The position numbers and the translations under genes were made by a program. Positions 52,093 to 60,160 of a DNA stretch of 64,000 nt are shown here, piece by piece. The notes below the pieces were generated by a model, which was not told the DNA's origin, ran no database searches, and was given only the letters and a program-made list of their open reading frames with translations. Position 1 is the first letter of the stretch; the number at the start of each line of letters is the position of its first letter. The stretch is from Candidatus Omnitrophota bacterium (GTDB lineage: Bacteria > Omnitrophota > Gorgyraeia > Gorgyraeales > Gorgyraeaceae). The stretch lies in the NCBI GenBank assembly GCA_043814965.1, contig JBDRJN010000005.1, positions 4,858 through 68,857 on the forward strand. Direction: 5' to 3'.

Positions 52093-53049
52093 CTATTTTT
52101 TTATGCTCTTCCACCAGGAGGCATTAGATGTATACCACTCCACTGTCTCTTTTATGGCGACATCAAAACTCTTCTTGGGTTTAAACCCAAGTTTTTTGAT
52201 CTTAGAGCAATCCAGGGAATAACGCCTATCATGCCCCAGCCTATCCTCAACAAGTTCTATCATATCGTCATCTTTGTTGAGAAGTTTCAGTATTGTACGG
52301 GTAAGCCGTATGTTGGGTATCTCATATTCTCCGCCTATATTATAGATCTCGCCTATCTTGCCTTTATGTAATATAAGGTCTATCGCCTTACAATTATCCA
52401 AGACATACAGCCAATCCCTTACATTAAGCCCATCCCCATAAAGCGGGACTTTTTTACCCTCCAGTAGATTTGTAATAAAAAGCGGGATGATTTTCTCCGG
52501 GTATTGATATGGCCCAAAATTATTACTGCTTCTTGTAATGACAATTGGAAGCTTAAACGTAGAGTAATAGGATAGAGCTAAAAGGTCTCCTGCGGCCTTG
52601 GACGCAGAATAAGGGCTGTTAGGATGCAAAGCATCTTCTTCCTTAAAAGACCCCTCTAGTATACTGCCATACACTTCATCAGTAGATACTTGGACAAACT
52701 TATCAATACCATTCCTCCTGGCTGATTCCAAAAGGATATATACACCTTTTACATTTGTAGATATAAAATCCGATGCATCAGCGATGGACCTGTCTACATG
52801 AGTATCAGCAGCAAAATTCACTATTACACTGGAGCTTTTGACAAGCTGATTCACTATACTTTCATCGCATATATCACCCTTTACGAATTTATAGTTAGGG
52901 TTATTTTCTATGTCAGTAAGGTTATCCAGGTTCCCGCAATAGGTAAGCTTGTCTAGATTGATGATCTTATAACCAGGATATCGGCCAAGTATATGCCTGA
53001 TAAAATTAGACCCTATAAAACCGCATCCCCCTGTAACTAGAATATTCAT
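52093..53049 (-). CDS. rfbB: dTDP-glucose 4,6-dehydratase
   Basis: TGGCGFIGSNF, DKLTYCGN, THVDRSI, STDEVYG, PYSASKA, NNFGPYQYPEK, DRLGHDRRYS. Confidence 0.93.
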   Translation of the reverse strand: MNILVTGGCGFIGSNFIRHILGRYPGYKIINLDKLTYCGNLDNLTDIENNPNYKFVKGDICDESIVNQLVKSSSVIVNFAADTHVDRSIADASDFISTNVKGVYILLESARRNGIDKFVQVSTDEVYGSILEGSFKEEDALHPNSPYSASKAAGDLLALSYYSTFKLPIVITRSSNNFGPYQYPEKIIPLFITNLLEGKKVPLYGDGLNVRDWLYVLDNCKAIDLILHKGKIGEIYNIGGEYEIPNIRLTRTILKLLNKDDDMIELVEDRLGHDRRYSLDCSKIKKLGFKPKKSFDVAIKETVEWYTSNASWWKSIKK

Positions 53050-53056
53050 ATCGACC

Positions 53057-53779
53057 TTATCTAGCCTCTTTTTCTGCTACTAAGTTACTGGCTTTAAGTA
53101 AAGATTCATATATACCGCAATCAGTCCACCAGCCGTCCATCATGGAAAACGTCATCTCTCCCTTGGATATATACACATTATTCACATCTGTGATCTCAAG
53201 CTCTCCCCTACTAGACGGCTTTAAAGTCTTTATTATATCAAAGACTTTTTCATCATACATATATATTCCTGTAACTGCGTATTTAGAAATTGGGGTTTTT
53301 GGTTTTTCAACTATATTGACTACCTTGTCTTCTTTTACTTCAGCTACGCCAAATCGTTCCGGGTTATTTACTTCCTTAAGGAGTATCTTTGCGCCTTTTG
53401 GCTGTTTCTTAAAATCATCCACATGCTTTTTTATATTTTTTTCTACTATATTATCTCCCAGCATGACTATTATCTTATCCCCATCAACAAAATGTTCTGC
53501 TAATCTCAGCGCCTCTGCAATACCACCCTCGCCTTTCTGGTATGCATAATTGATATATTTAAGCCCGAATTCTTCACCATTCCCCAAAAGCCTTAAAAAA
53601 TCGCCAGCATGCTTTCCTCCTGTAACTATTAATATATCCTGGATGCCAGCTTCTACCAAGGTAGATATAGGATAGTATATCATTGGTTTATTGTATATAG
53701 GGAGAAGGTGTTTATTTGTTATCCTCGTCAATGGTTCAAGCCTTTTACCAAGTCCGCCAGCTAATATTATGCCTTTCAT
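53057..53779 (-). CDS. rfbA: Glucose-1-phosphate thymidylyltransferase (short RmlA/SpsI type)
   Basis: LAGGLGKRL, KHLLPIYNKPMIYYP, LGDN, EKP, RGELEITDVN; GGAGG SD. Confidence 0.88.
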   Translation of the reverse strand: MKGIILAGGLGKRLEPLTRITNKHLLPIYNKPMIYYPISTLVEAGIQDILIVTGGKHAGDFLRLLGNGEEFGLKYINYAYQKGEGGIAEALRLAEHFVDGDKIIVMLGDNIVEKNIKKHVDDFKKQPKGAKILLKEVNNPERFGVAEVKEDKVVNIVEKPKTPISKYAVTGIYMYDEKVFDIIKTLKPSSRGELEITDVNNVYISKGEMTFSMMDGWWTDCGIYESLLKASNLVAEKEAR

Positions 53780-53787
53780 AATTCCTC

Positions 53788-53862
53788 CGATTTTTCTGTC
53801 GAATCACATGTTCGAAAAATCGTCCCGAGCCACCCTCGTTTTACATGTATGTGGCGAGGGAC
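53788..53862. repeat. Double hairpin between rmlC-like and rmlA genes (REP-like)
   Basis: CGATTTTTC...GAAAAATCG (53788-53822), then GTCCC-GA-GCCAC...GTGGC-GA-GGGAC (53822-53862) with a tandem GA mismatch. Confidence 0.6.
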
Positions 53863-53863
53863 T

Positions 53864-54310
53864 TCATTTTTTCCAATCATACGGTATATCGTTTTTGAAA
53901 GCATCAAGCCTGTATTCATCAGGTTCTTTATAGTTATAAGGCATAGTAGGGACATTTATCACTATTGCCTCTTTATCGCCTACACATTTAAATCCATGAT
54001 ATACAAGTTTAGGTATCTTGACCAGCATTGGTTCTTCAATGCTTATAGTAAATTCATCTATCTCTTTATAGGTAGGCGAGGTTTCCCTTGAATCGAAAAG
54101 AGCAAGGCGCATCACGCCATTTATACATGTAAAATGGTCATCCTGCAGTTTATGATAATGCCATGCCTTGGCAATACCCGGATAGGCTGTAGTCATGTAT
54201 ACCTGCCCGAATCTCTCAAATATCGTCTCGTCAGACCGCAGGATCTCCATTAAACGGCCCCTATCATCCGGTATTACTTTAAGTTTTTTTACCACAACGC
54301 CTTTTATCAC
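53864..54310 (-). CDS. RmlC-like cupin (dTDP-4-keto-6-deoxyglucose 3,5-epimerase family)
   Basis: DDRGRLME, KAWHYH, DSRETSPT, YHGF; GTG start with GGGAGG SD. Confidence 0.82.
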   Translation of the reverse strand: MIKGVVVKKLKVIPDDRGRLMEILRSDETIFERFGQVYMTTAYPGIAKAWHYHKLQDDHFTCINGVMRLALFDSRETSPTYKEIDEFTISIEEPMLVKIPKLVYHGFKCVGDKEAIVINVPTMPYNYKEPDEYRLDAFKNDIPYDWKK

Positions 54311-54313
54311 GTA

Positions 54314-55603
54314 TTACCTCCCCATAGAGATATACTTAAAACCCAGCTTTTCCATTTTTATCAGCTCAAACATATTCCTGCCGTCTATTATAAAAGGTCT
54401 TCTCATAAGACCTTTTATACGCTTTAGGTCCATATTTTTGAACTCATCCCATTCTGTGACTATTAAAAGCATGTCAGTATCTTTTGCTGTCTCATAAGAG
54501 CTATCACAGAATTCAATGCCTTTTAATATATTCACTGCCTTAGGCATTGCTTTAGGGTCATAAGCCTTTACTATAGCCTTTTCCTTCTTCAGAAAATTTA
54601 TGATATCTATTGACGGGGCTTTTCTCATGTCATCTGTATTGGGTTTAAATGAAAGGCCTAGTACGCCTATTTTTTTACCTTTCAGGCTTTTAACACTGTT
54701 TTTGACCTTATTTATAAAACTCTTTTTTCTCTCTATATTGACTCTTTTTGCTGCCTTTAATATGCTGAAGTCATATCCCAGCTTATCCCCTATATGTATA
54801 AAAGCATCCACATCCTTCGGAAAACAATTACCCCCGTATCCTATGCCGCTATTCAAAAAACTCCTTCCGATCCTTTTATCAAGCCCCATCCCATGCGCAA
54901 CCTCTTCTATGTCAGCGCCTGTTGCCTCGCATATATCTGCTATAGAGTTTATAAAAGAGATCTTTGCCGCTAAAAACGAGTTTGAAGCGTGTTTTATGAT
55001 CTCAGCGCTTTCTATGTCTGTGACCATCTTTTCACCAGGCACATCTTTATAGAGTTTTAGAAGCAACTCCTTCGCCCTCTTAGAGTCTACGCCTATCACG
55101 ACCCTGTCTGGATGCATGAAGTCTTTGATAGCTGAGCCTTCCCTCAAGAATTCAGGATTACTCGCAATATCAAATTTTATACCTTTTTTAGCATTAGCTG
55201 TTATACTGCGTTTTACCCATTTTCCTGTCTCAACCGGGACTGTACTTTTTTGTACTATCAGCCTGTAGCTTGTCATATGCCTGGCTACTTCTCTAGTAAC
55301 AAGTTTTACATATGACAGGTCTGTCTCTCCGTTTGATTGGGATGGCGTACCTACACATATAAAGATAACCAGTGACTTTTTTACCCCTTCTTCTATATTG
55401 GTAGTAAAAGTAAGCCTTTTTGCCAAGACGTTCTTTTTGACCAGACCCTCTAATCCCAATTCATAAAAAGGCATCTTAAGGTTTTTTAACAGCTCTATCT
55501 TTCCTTTATCATTATCCACGCAAAAGACCTTGTGCCCCAACTCGGAAAAACACGCGCCTGTCACTAGCCCGACATATCCTGCTCCTATGACACATATATT
55601 CAT
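54314..55603 (-). CDS. ugd: UDP-glucose 6-dehydrogenase
   Basis: GAGYVGL, CVGTP, KSTVP, SNPEFLREG, GYGGNCFPKD, FKPNTDDMR, DGRN. Confidence 0.92.
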   Translation of the reverse strand: MNICVIGAGYVGLVTGACFSELGHKVFCVDNDKGKIELLKNLKMPFYELGLEGLVKKNVLAKRLTFTTNIEEGVKKSLVIFICVGTPSQSNGETDLSYVKLVTREVARHMTSYRLIVQKSTVPVETGKWVKRSITANAKKGIKFDIASNPEFLREGSAIKDFMHPDRVVIGVDSKRAKELLLKLYKDVPGEKMVTDIESAEIIKHASNSFLAAKISFINSIADICEATGADIEEVAHGMGLDKRIGRSFLNSGIGYGGNCFPKDVDAFIHIGDKLGYDFSILKAAKRVNIERKKSFINKVKNSVKSLKGKKIGVLGLSFKPNTDDMRKAPSIDIINFLKKEKAIVKAYDPKAMPKAVNILKGIEFCDSSYETAKDTDMLLIVTEWDEFKNMDLKRIKGLMRRPFIIDGRNMFELIKMEKLGFKYISMGR

Positions 55604-55643
55604 GTATTTTTCTCCATCATATTTCTCATCTCTTCAAGCTATA

Positions 55644-57830
55644 TCAATGTACTTTGGGTATAGCGTAATAATCCTTAAAATCAAAAGGCACTTTAGGAGA
55701 GGCCTTTAACTTAAAAGAACACCACGCTGTTATTTCGCCGCCCCTTCCGCTATCCAGGCTCACTTCAGCTACCCAGCAGTGCAGGTCCTTTATTATAGAT
55801 ATGCCCCTGGTATCAAACCTATTTATTATCTTGTGGCCATTTGACTCTACTTCTTTAAGGTCGAACCTCGCAAAAAGCCTGACTGACCACGCGTTATTTA
55901 GTTTCTGCAGCAGCTCTGAAGTAAGTTCATGTTCTGTATCCTGCCAATATCTTGAGCCAAAACCAAATCTCGTATCTTCTTTTTTGTCAATAAATAGATC
56001 CAGGTTCCAATCCTCAAAATCTCTGGTAGAAGGATTGTAAGCTGTATCGGATTCAAGCATGAACCCATCGAGCGGCGTAAATTCAAGGTCAGCTTTAACT
56101 GTCTGGAACCTGCTGCCATCCTCAGGCTTATACGCATAATCCCCTGTCAATAAAAGATAACCCAGGTCTACTGTCTTTAATTTGCCGTCTATCTCCCGCT
56201 TTGTCTGAAACCTGTTCTGCAGCCCCAAGCCAAAGTTATTTTTCTTCGAGATACTGTCTATATCGTCGAACTGCTGGAGATCGCTAGACGTTATTGAAGG
56301 CTCATGCATATATTCATATTCTATGGTAGGGGTTATTATATGATGCAGTTTATTTAATTCTATGCCGAAGAATTTCCCAGCCGCATCAAATGTCTTCATG
56401 AATTTTGCGCTTAGGTCCACTCCTGTTGTAAAGGCTGTCCTGATGTCATCTCTTGAAGTTCCGGAATTATCTCTACTATAAAATGTATTCCTTGCCCCGA
56501 CAAAAGGCGCAAAGCTAAATATATTAGCTATTCTTAGAGGTGAGGATAATTTGTTAAGAGTATCAAGCCTTATAGTATCGCTATCTACCCCCGTATTGGC
56601 TGTTTTACTATTCAAGCTGGATACTGTTGAATCTGTCTTAAAATATACCGGCAGGCCCAGTAGTTCCTGGTCTTTAAGGTCGAACCTTACTTCAGGCAGC
56701 CTCTCTGTAGCGCTCTGGAATCTATTGATCCTCTTACGCGCCAAAAAACTTAAAGAGTACTCACTCTCTCTATTAAGTAAGTATAGATACGACTCTGGCG
56801 AAGATTCTCTCTCGTATTCTTCCCTGTAGAAGAAATCCTTTGTCATGTCCTGGTCGCTGTATCTATGTATCTCGGAGACCATCGTAAGGTTATCCTCTAT
56901 ATCCCAAAGATGCCTGATCTGAACTCTATACCTTTCCTCTTCCCGCCTTGTACCTGCTTCATTTCTATCTCTATCTCTTTGATTTGTGTAATAAGTCCTT
57001 ATAAGGCCTTTTCCAAGATCCTGGGAATTATATTTTAGGTCGATCCCCTCGCCAAGGCCCCAGTTCTCCCTCTCATCGATAAAAAGCGTTGCCCTCAAGT
57101 CTTCATCTAGATCATATCTATAGCTTGTAAGAGCGAATGCCCCCCATTCTTTCTTTCTTCCCGGGATCACGTTTACAGTAGGCCAGTCAGCATCGAGGGA
57201 ATAGTTGTACCTGGGTAAATAAAATACCGGGATATTCCCTGCTTTAAATACTACGTTTTTAGCAACAACCTGGTTGTCAGGCGTTATTGTGACTTTCTTG
57301 GAACTTATTTTGTAGTGCGGCTCTTCAAGATCACAGCTTGTTATATAGCCTTCTTTGATGCTGATAGAGCCGTCAGGAAGAAGCCTTCCTTCATCACCTC
57401 CGCTATACCATTCTCCGGACCTTACCCTTGCGTCTATGATCTCTCCTTCTTTAGTCTCGAAATTATATTTTACTCTTTCTCCTTTCATCTCGCTGGTAGG
57501 ACTGGTCAACACCACATTGCCCTCTGCCAATACATCTTTTGTGTCAGTATGTACCACTATACTGTCGCATCTTAAAGATATATCATTATAATCTATATTG
57601 ATATTGCCTTTTCCTACGACCTTTTTCTCGCTGAATAGATATTCTACTTCATCACCATTGACTTCAATAGGCCCTGCCTTTTCCTCTGCATAAATGATCT
57701 TATAAAATAATAATGAGCAGAAAAAGGCAAAAATTAAAATGTAAAAATTAAAATTACAATGCAAAATACAAGATTTTGAATTTTCATATATAATTTTGAT
57801 ATTTGATTTTTGATATTTGATTTTAAACAT
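55644..57830 (-). CDS. lptD: LPS-assembly protein LptD family
   Basis: Signal-like N-terminus, OstA-like jellyroll (GDEVEY, AEGNV), TSCDLEEPHY, IPVFYLP, ERLPE, LHHIITP, DLHCW near the C-terminus. Confidence 0.85.
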   Translation of the reverse strand: MFKIKYQKSNIKIIYENSKSCILHCNFNFYILIFAFFCSLLFYKIIYAEEKAGPIEVNGDEVEYLFSEKKVVGKGNINIDYNDISLRCDSIVVHTDTKDVLAEGNVVLTSPTSEMKGERVKYNFETKEGEIIDARVRSGEWYSGGDEGRLLPDGSISIKEGYITSCDLEEPHYKISSKKVTITPDNQVVAKNVVFKAGNIPVFYLPRYNYSLDADWPTVNVIPGRKKEWGAFALTSYRYDLDEDLRATLFIDERENWGLGEGIDLKYNSQDLGKGLIRTYYTNQRDRDRNEAGTRREEERYRVQIRHLWDIEDNLTMVSEIHRYSDQDMTKDFFYREEYERESSPESYLYLLNRESEYSLSFLARKRINRFQSATERLPEVRFDLKDQELLGLPVYFKTDSTVSSLNSKTANTGVDSDTIRLDTLNKLSSPLRIANIFSFAPFVGARNTFYSRDNSGTSRDDIRTAFTTGVDLSAKFMKTFDAAGKFFGIELNKLHHIITPTIEYEYMHEPSITSSDLQQFDDIDSISKKNNFGLGLQNRFQTKREIDGKLKTVDLGYLLLTGDYAYKPEDGSRFQTVKADLEFTPLDGFMLESDTAYNPSTRDFEDWNLDLFIDKKEDTRFGFGSRYWQDTEHELTSELLQKLNNAWSVRLFARFDLKEVESNGHKIINRFDTRGISIIKDLHCWVAEVSLDSGRGGEITAWCSFKLKASPKVPFDFKDYYAIPKVH
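57721..57830. repeat. Family C heptad tract forming the first ~35 codons of lptD
   Basis: Minus strand AATCAAATATCAAAAATCAAATATCAAAATTATATATGAAAATTCAAAA aligns by eye with plus-strand 49707 AATCAAATATAAAAAATTAAATATCAAAATTACATATAAAAATGTAAAA. Confidence 0.7.
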
Positions 57831-57835
57831 TCGAT

Positions 57836-58744
57836 TTATATTAATAATGAGGCCCCTATAATACCTGCGTTGTCACCCAGCCTTGCCTTAACGATCCTTA
57901 CGTGTCTTGCCTGGTCTCTCATGGCCCTTCTTTTTACTGTTAAACGCAATGGCTTAAATATAAAACTACCTGCCTTGCTTACACCGCCTCCGATCACGAT
58001 CTTATCAGGATTCAACAAATTCACTACGCCTGTAAGAGCTGTCCCCAGCTTTTCCGCAAGATCCTTCCAAATACCTTGAGCGTTTTTATTGCCTTTCCTG
58101 GCTAGATCGGTCAATCCTTCAAGTGTTATATCTTTACCAAATACTTTCCTTGATATATCTAAGATATATCTATTGCCTATATATCTTTCAAGGCATCCAT
58201 AGCCTCCACAATTGCACTTTGGCCCTGTCTCATTGATAGGCATATGCCCTATCTCACCTGCGCACATAGTAGAGCCCCTGTATATCTCGTTATTTATAAT
58301 AATACCTCCGCCTACGCCTGTTCCAAGCGTAAGGCAGACCAGGTTCCTGGCGCCTCTCCCAGCCCCAAATCTATGCTCCGCAAGGGTCATCACATTTACG
58401 TCGTTATCCAGCCTTACTTTTAGCCCTGTACGCTTCTTGAGTATAGAGGCTAGTGCTACATTGTCCCAGCCTTTTATATTGGGAAAATAATGGACTATCC
58501 CTTTTTCTGAATCTACTGGGCCTGGGACTCCTATTCCAAAACCAGCTATCTCATGCCTTTTGATCCCGGAAAGCCCCATGACATTAGACACACCCTGATC
58601 TATCGCGCTAAGAAGTCTCTCTCTATTGGAACTGACCGGCGTATCTATCTCTCTCCTAAAAGAGACTTTGCCAGTATCGCTCACTAAGCCTATTTTGATA
58701 CGTGTTCCGCCTAGATCGATCCCAATTTTAACTCGCTTATTCAT
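57836..58744 (-). CDS. ROK family sugar kinase (glucokinase-like)
   Basis: IGIDLGGT, GIGVPG, DNDVN, TLGTGVGGG, AGEIGH, CNCGGYGCLE, NAGIIGA. Confidence 0.92.
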   Translation of the reverse strand: MNKRVKIGIDLGGTRIKIGLVSDTGKVSFRREIDTPVSSNRERLLSAIDQGVSNVMGLSGIKRHEIAGFGIGVPGPVDSEKGIVHYFPNIKGWDNVALASILKKRTGLKVRLDNDVNVMTLAEHRFGAGRGARNLVCLTLGTGVGGGIIINNEIYRGSTMCAGEIGHMPINETGPKCNCGGYGCLERYIGNRYILDISRKVFGKDITLEGLTDLARKGNKNAQGIWKDLAEKLGTALTGVVNLLNPDKIVIGGGVSKAGSFIFKPLRLTVKRRAMRDQARHVRIVKARLGDNAGIIGASLLI

Positions 58745-58752
58745 AGATAGTT

Positions 58753-58781
58753 ATGATATCTTATTTCAGGTATGATTGCAA
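58753..58781 (-). promoter_or_regulatory. Sigma70-type promoter TTGCAA-17-TATCAT, 8 nt upstream of the ROK ATG (near-leaderless)
   Basis: -35 at 58781-58776, -10 at 58758-58753, 17-nt spacer; no SD before ATG 58744. Confidence 0.6.
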
Positions 58782-58799
58782 GAGGAAATTTAGAACATC

Positions 58800-58841
58800 T
58801 TTCTTCCGTAGGGGAGCCTTAAGGCTCCCCTACGGAAGAAA
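58800..58841. repeat. Family B perfect 42-bp palindrome TTTCTTCCGTAGGGGAGCCTTAAGGCTCCCCTACGGAAGAAA
   Basis: Perfect inverted repeat; its right arm overlaps a tandem 13-bp duplication GGAAGAAAAACAA (58834-58859). Confidence 0.85.
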
Positions 58842-58875
58842 AACAAGGAAGAAAAACAAGTAGGCAAGGCTGACT

Positions 58876-60159
58876 TTAACACACTCTATTGCGGCCTGTT
58901 TCCTTGGCCTTGTATAGCGCCTTATCAGCTGATTCTATAAGGTCTTCTATACTTACACCGTCATCCGGAAACACGCTTATTCCCATACTTACTGTTATGG
59001 ATATTGTCTCATCATATGCCTTTAAGACCAGCCCTTCTATACTTTCCCTGATACGTTCTGCTACCTGAAAAGCCATATCCTTGTGGGTCGCAGAAAACAC
59101 TGCTATAAATTCTTCCCCTCCATATCTACCGATAAGATCCACCTCACGCAAGCTGATCTTAAGGATAGACGCCACATTCTTCAAGACAACATCCCCCACT
59201 AAATGGCCGTACTTATCATTGATCTTTTTGAAATGGTCTATATCCAACATCATGCACGACAAATTGACCTTGTGCCGCATGGACCTGTGGATCTCCTCTG
59301 TAAATCTTTCTAATAAGTACCTTCTTGTAGAGACACCTGTCAGGGAATCTGTGATAGAGATGTCCTCTATCTTTTTATACAACATGACCTTTTGGAACTG
59401 TATCGCAAATTGGCTCATCAATATCAAAAAGTTCTCATAATAAACATCCGGCAGGCCCTCGATATAAAATATACCTCCCAAGCTCTGCTCTACAAAAAGC
59501 GGGATGGATGTCAATGGCTCAAAATCCCTGGCCACCGAGAGGCGCCTTGATAAAGCGTTATTATCCGATAAGGCTATTGATCTTGCGCTTTTATCTTCGA
59601 GCATTATATCTCTTATTTCTCTATCAAAATCAGTCTCGACAGGCTTTGTAATATCCTGGCCGACATCTATCTCATGTATGCTAGCTATATCGTGGCCTTC
59701 TTTTAATAATATAAGCCTGGATGTCTTGAACCTAAAAAGTTTCTTCAGCGTATAAGAAAATATATCGAATATATCGTCGAATGAAAGAGAACTCGACATG
59801 TCTTTGGATACTTCATAAAGAGAGAGCAGCTTTTGAAGCTTTCTTTCCTTGTCCAGATTAGACCTTAATAGGTCACGGTCCTTTACCTCCAGGTCCTCAT
59901 ATCTTTTTTTTATATTATTAAATCTATCTTTTACGATCAGCTTCTCGCCTTCCATGATTTTTTTAAAATAAAAAGCTAAAAAAGGCATTATATTGATAAA
60001 TAGTATCCCCAAGAAGTCCTGGAATGAAATACCTCCGGACTCTTTTAAAAGTATAATGATAGACATGCTTATAGATAAAGCCAGCGCCCTTTTAAGCAAG
60101 GTGCTGTAACTTACAAAAAGCACTGCTATCGATAGTATTGAGTAAATAAAAAAATCCAT
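58876..60159 (-). CDS. Membrane diguanylate cyclase (TM, coiled coil, GAF-like, GGDEF) with RxxD I-site
   Basis: TDSLTG, DIDHFKKINDKYGH, REVD-LIG-RYGGEEF, ADKALYKAK. Start moved to ATG 60159. Confidence 0.9.
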   Translation of the reverse strand: MDFFIYSILSIAVLFVSYSTLLKRALALSISMSIIILLKESGGISFQDFLGILFINIMPFLAFYFKKIMEGEKLIVKDRFNNIKKRYEDLEVKDRDLLRSNLDKERKLQKLLSLYEVSKDMSSSLSFDDIFDIFSYTLKKLFRFKTSRLILLKEGHDIASIHEIDVGQDITKPVETDFDREIRDIMLEDKSARSIALSDNNALSRRLSVARDFEPLTSIPLFVEQSLGGIFYIEGLPDVYYENFLILMSQFAIQFQKVMLYKKIEDISITDSLTGVSTRRYLLERFTEEIHRSMRHKVNLSCMMLDIDHFKKINDKYGHLVGDVVLKNVASILKISLREVDLIGRYGGEEFIAVFSATHKDMAFQVAERIRESIEGLVLKAYDETISITVSMGISVFPDDGVSIEDLIESADKALYKAKETGRNRVC

Positions 60160-60160
60160 C

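Noticed and set aside
58800-58841. Palindrome as an intrinsic terminator for the DGC genes
   Set aside because: No U-tract follows the stem on either strand, and it shares a core with 48614-48651, so it is treated as a repeat. Some terminating effect cannot be excluded.
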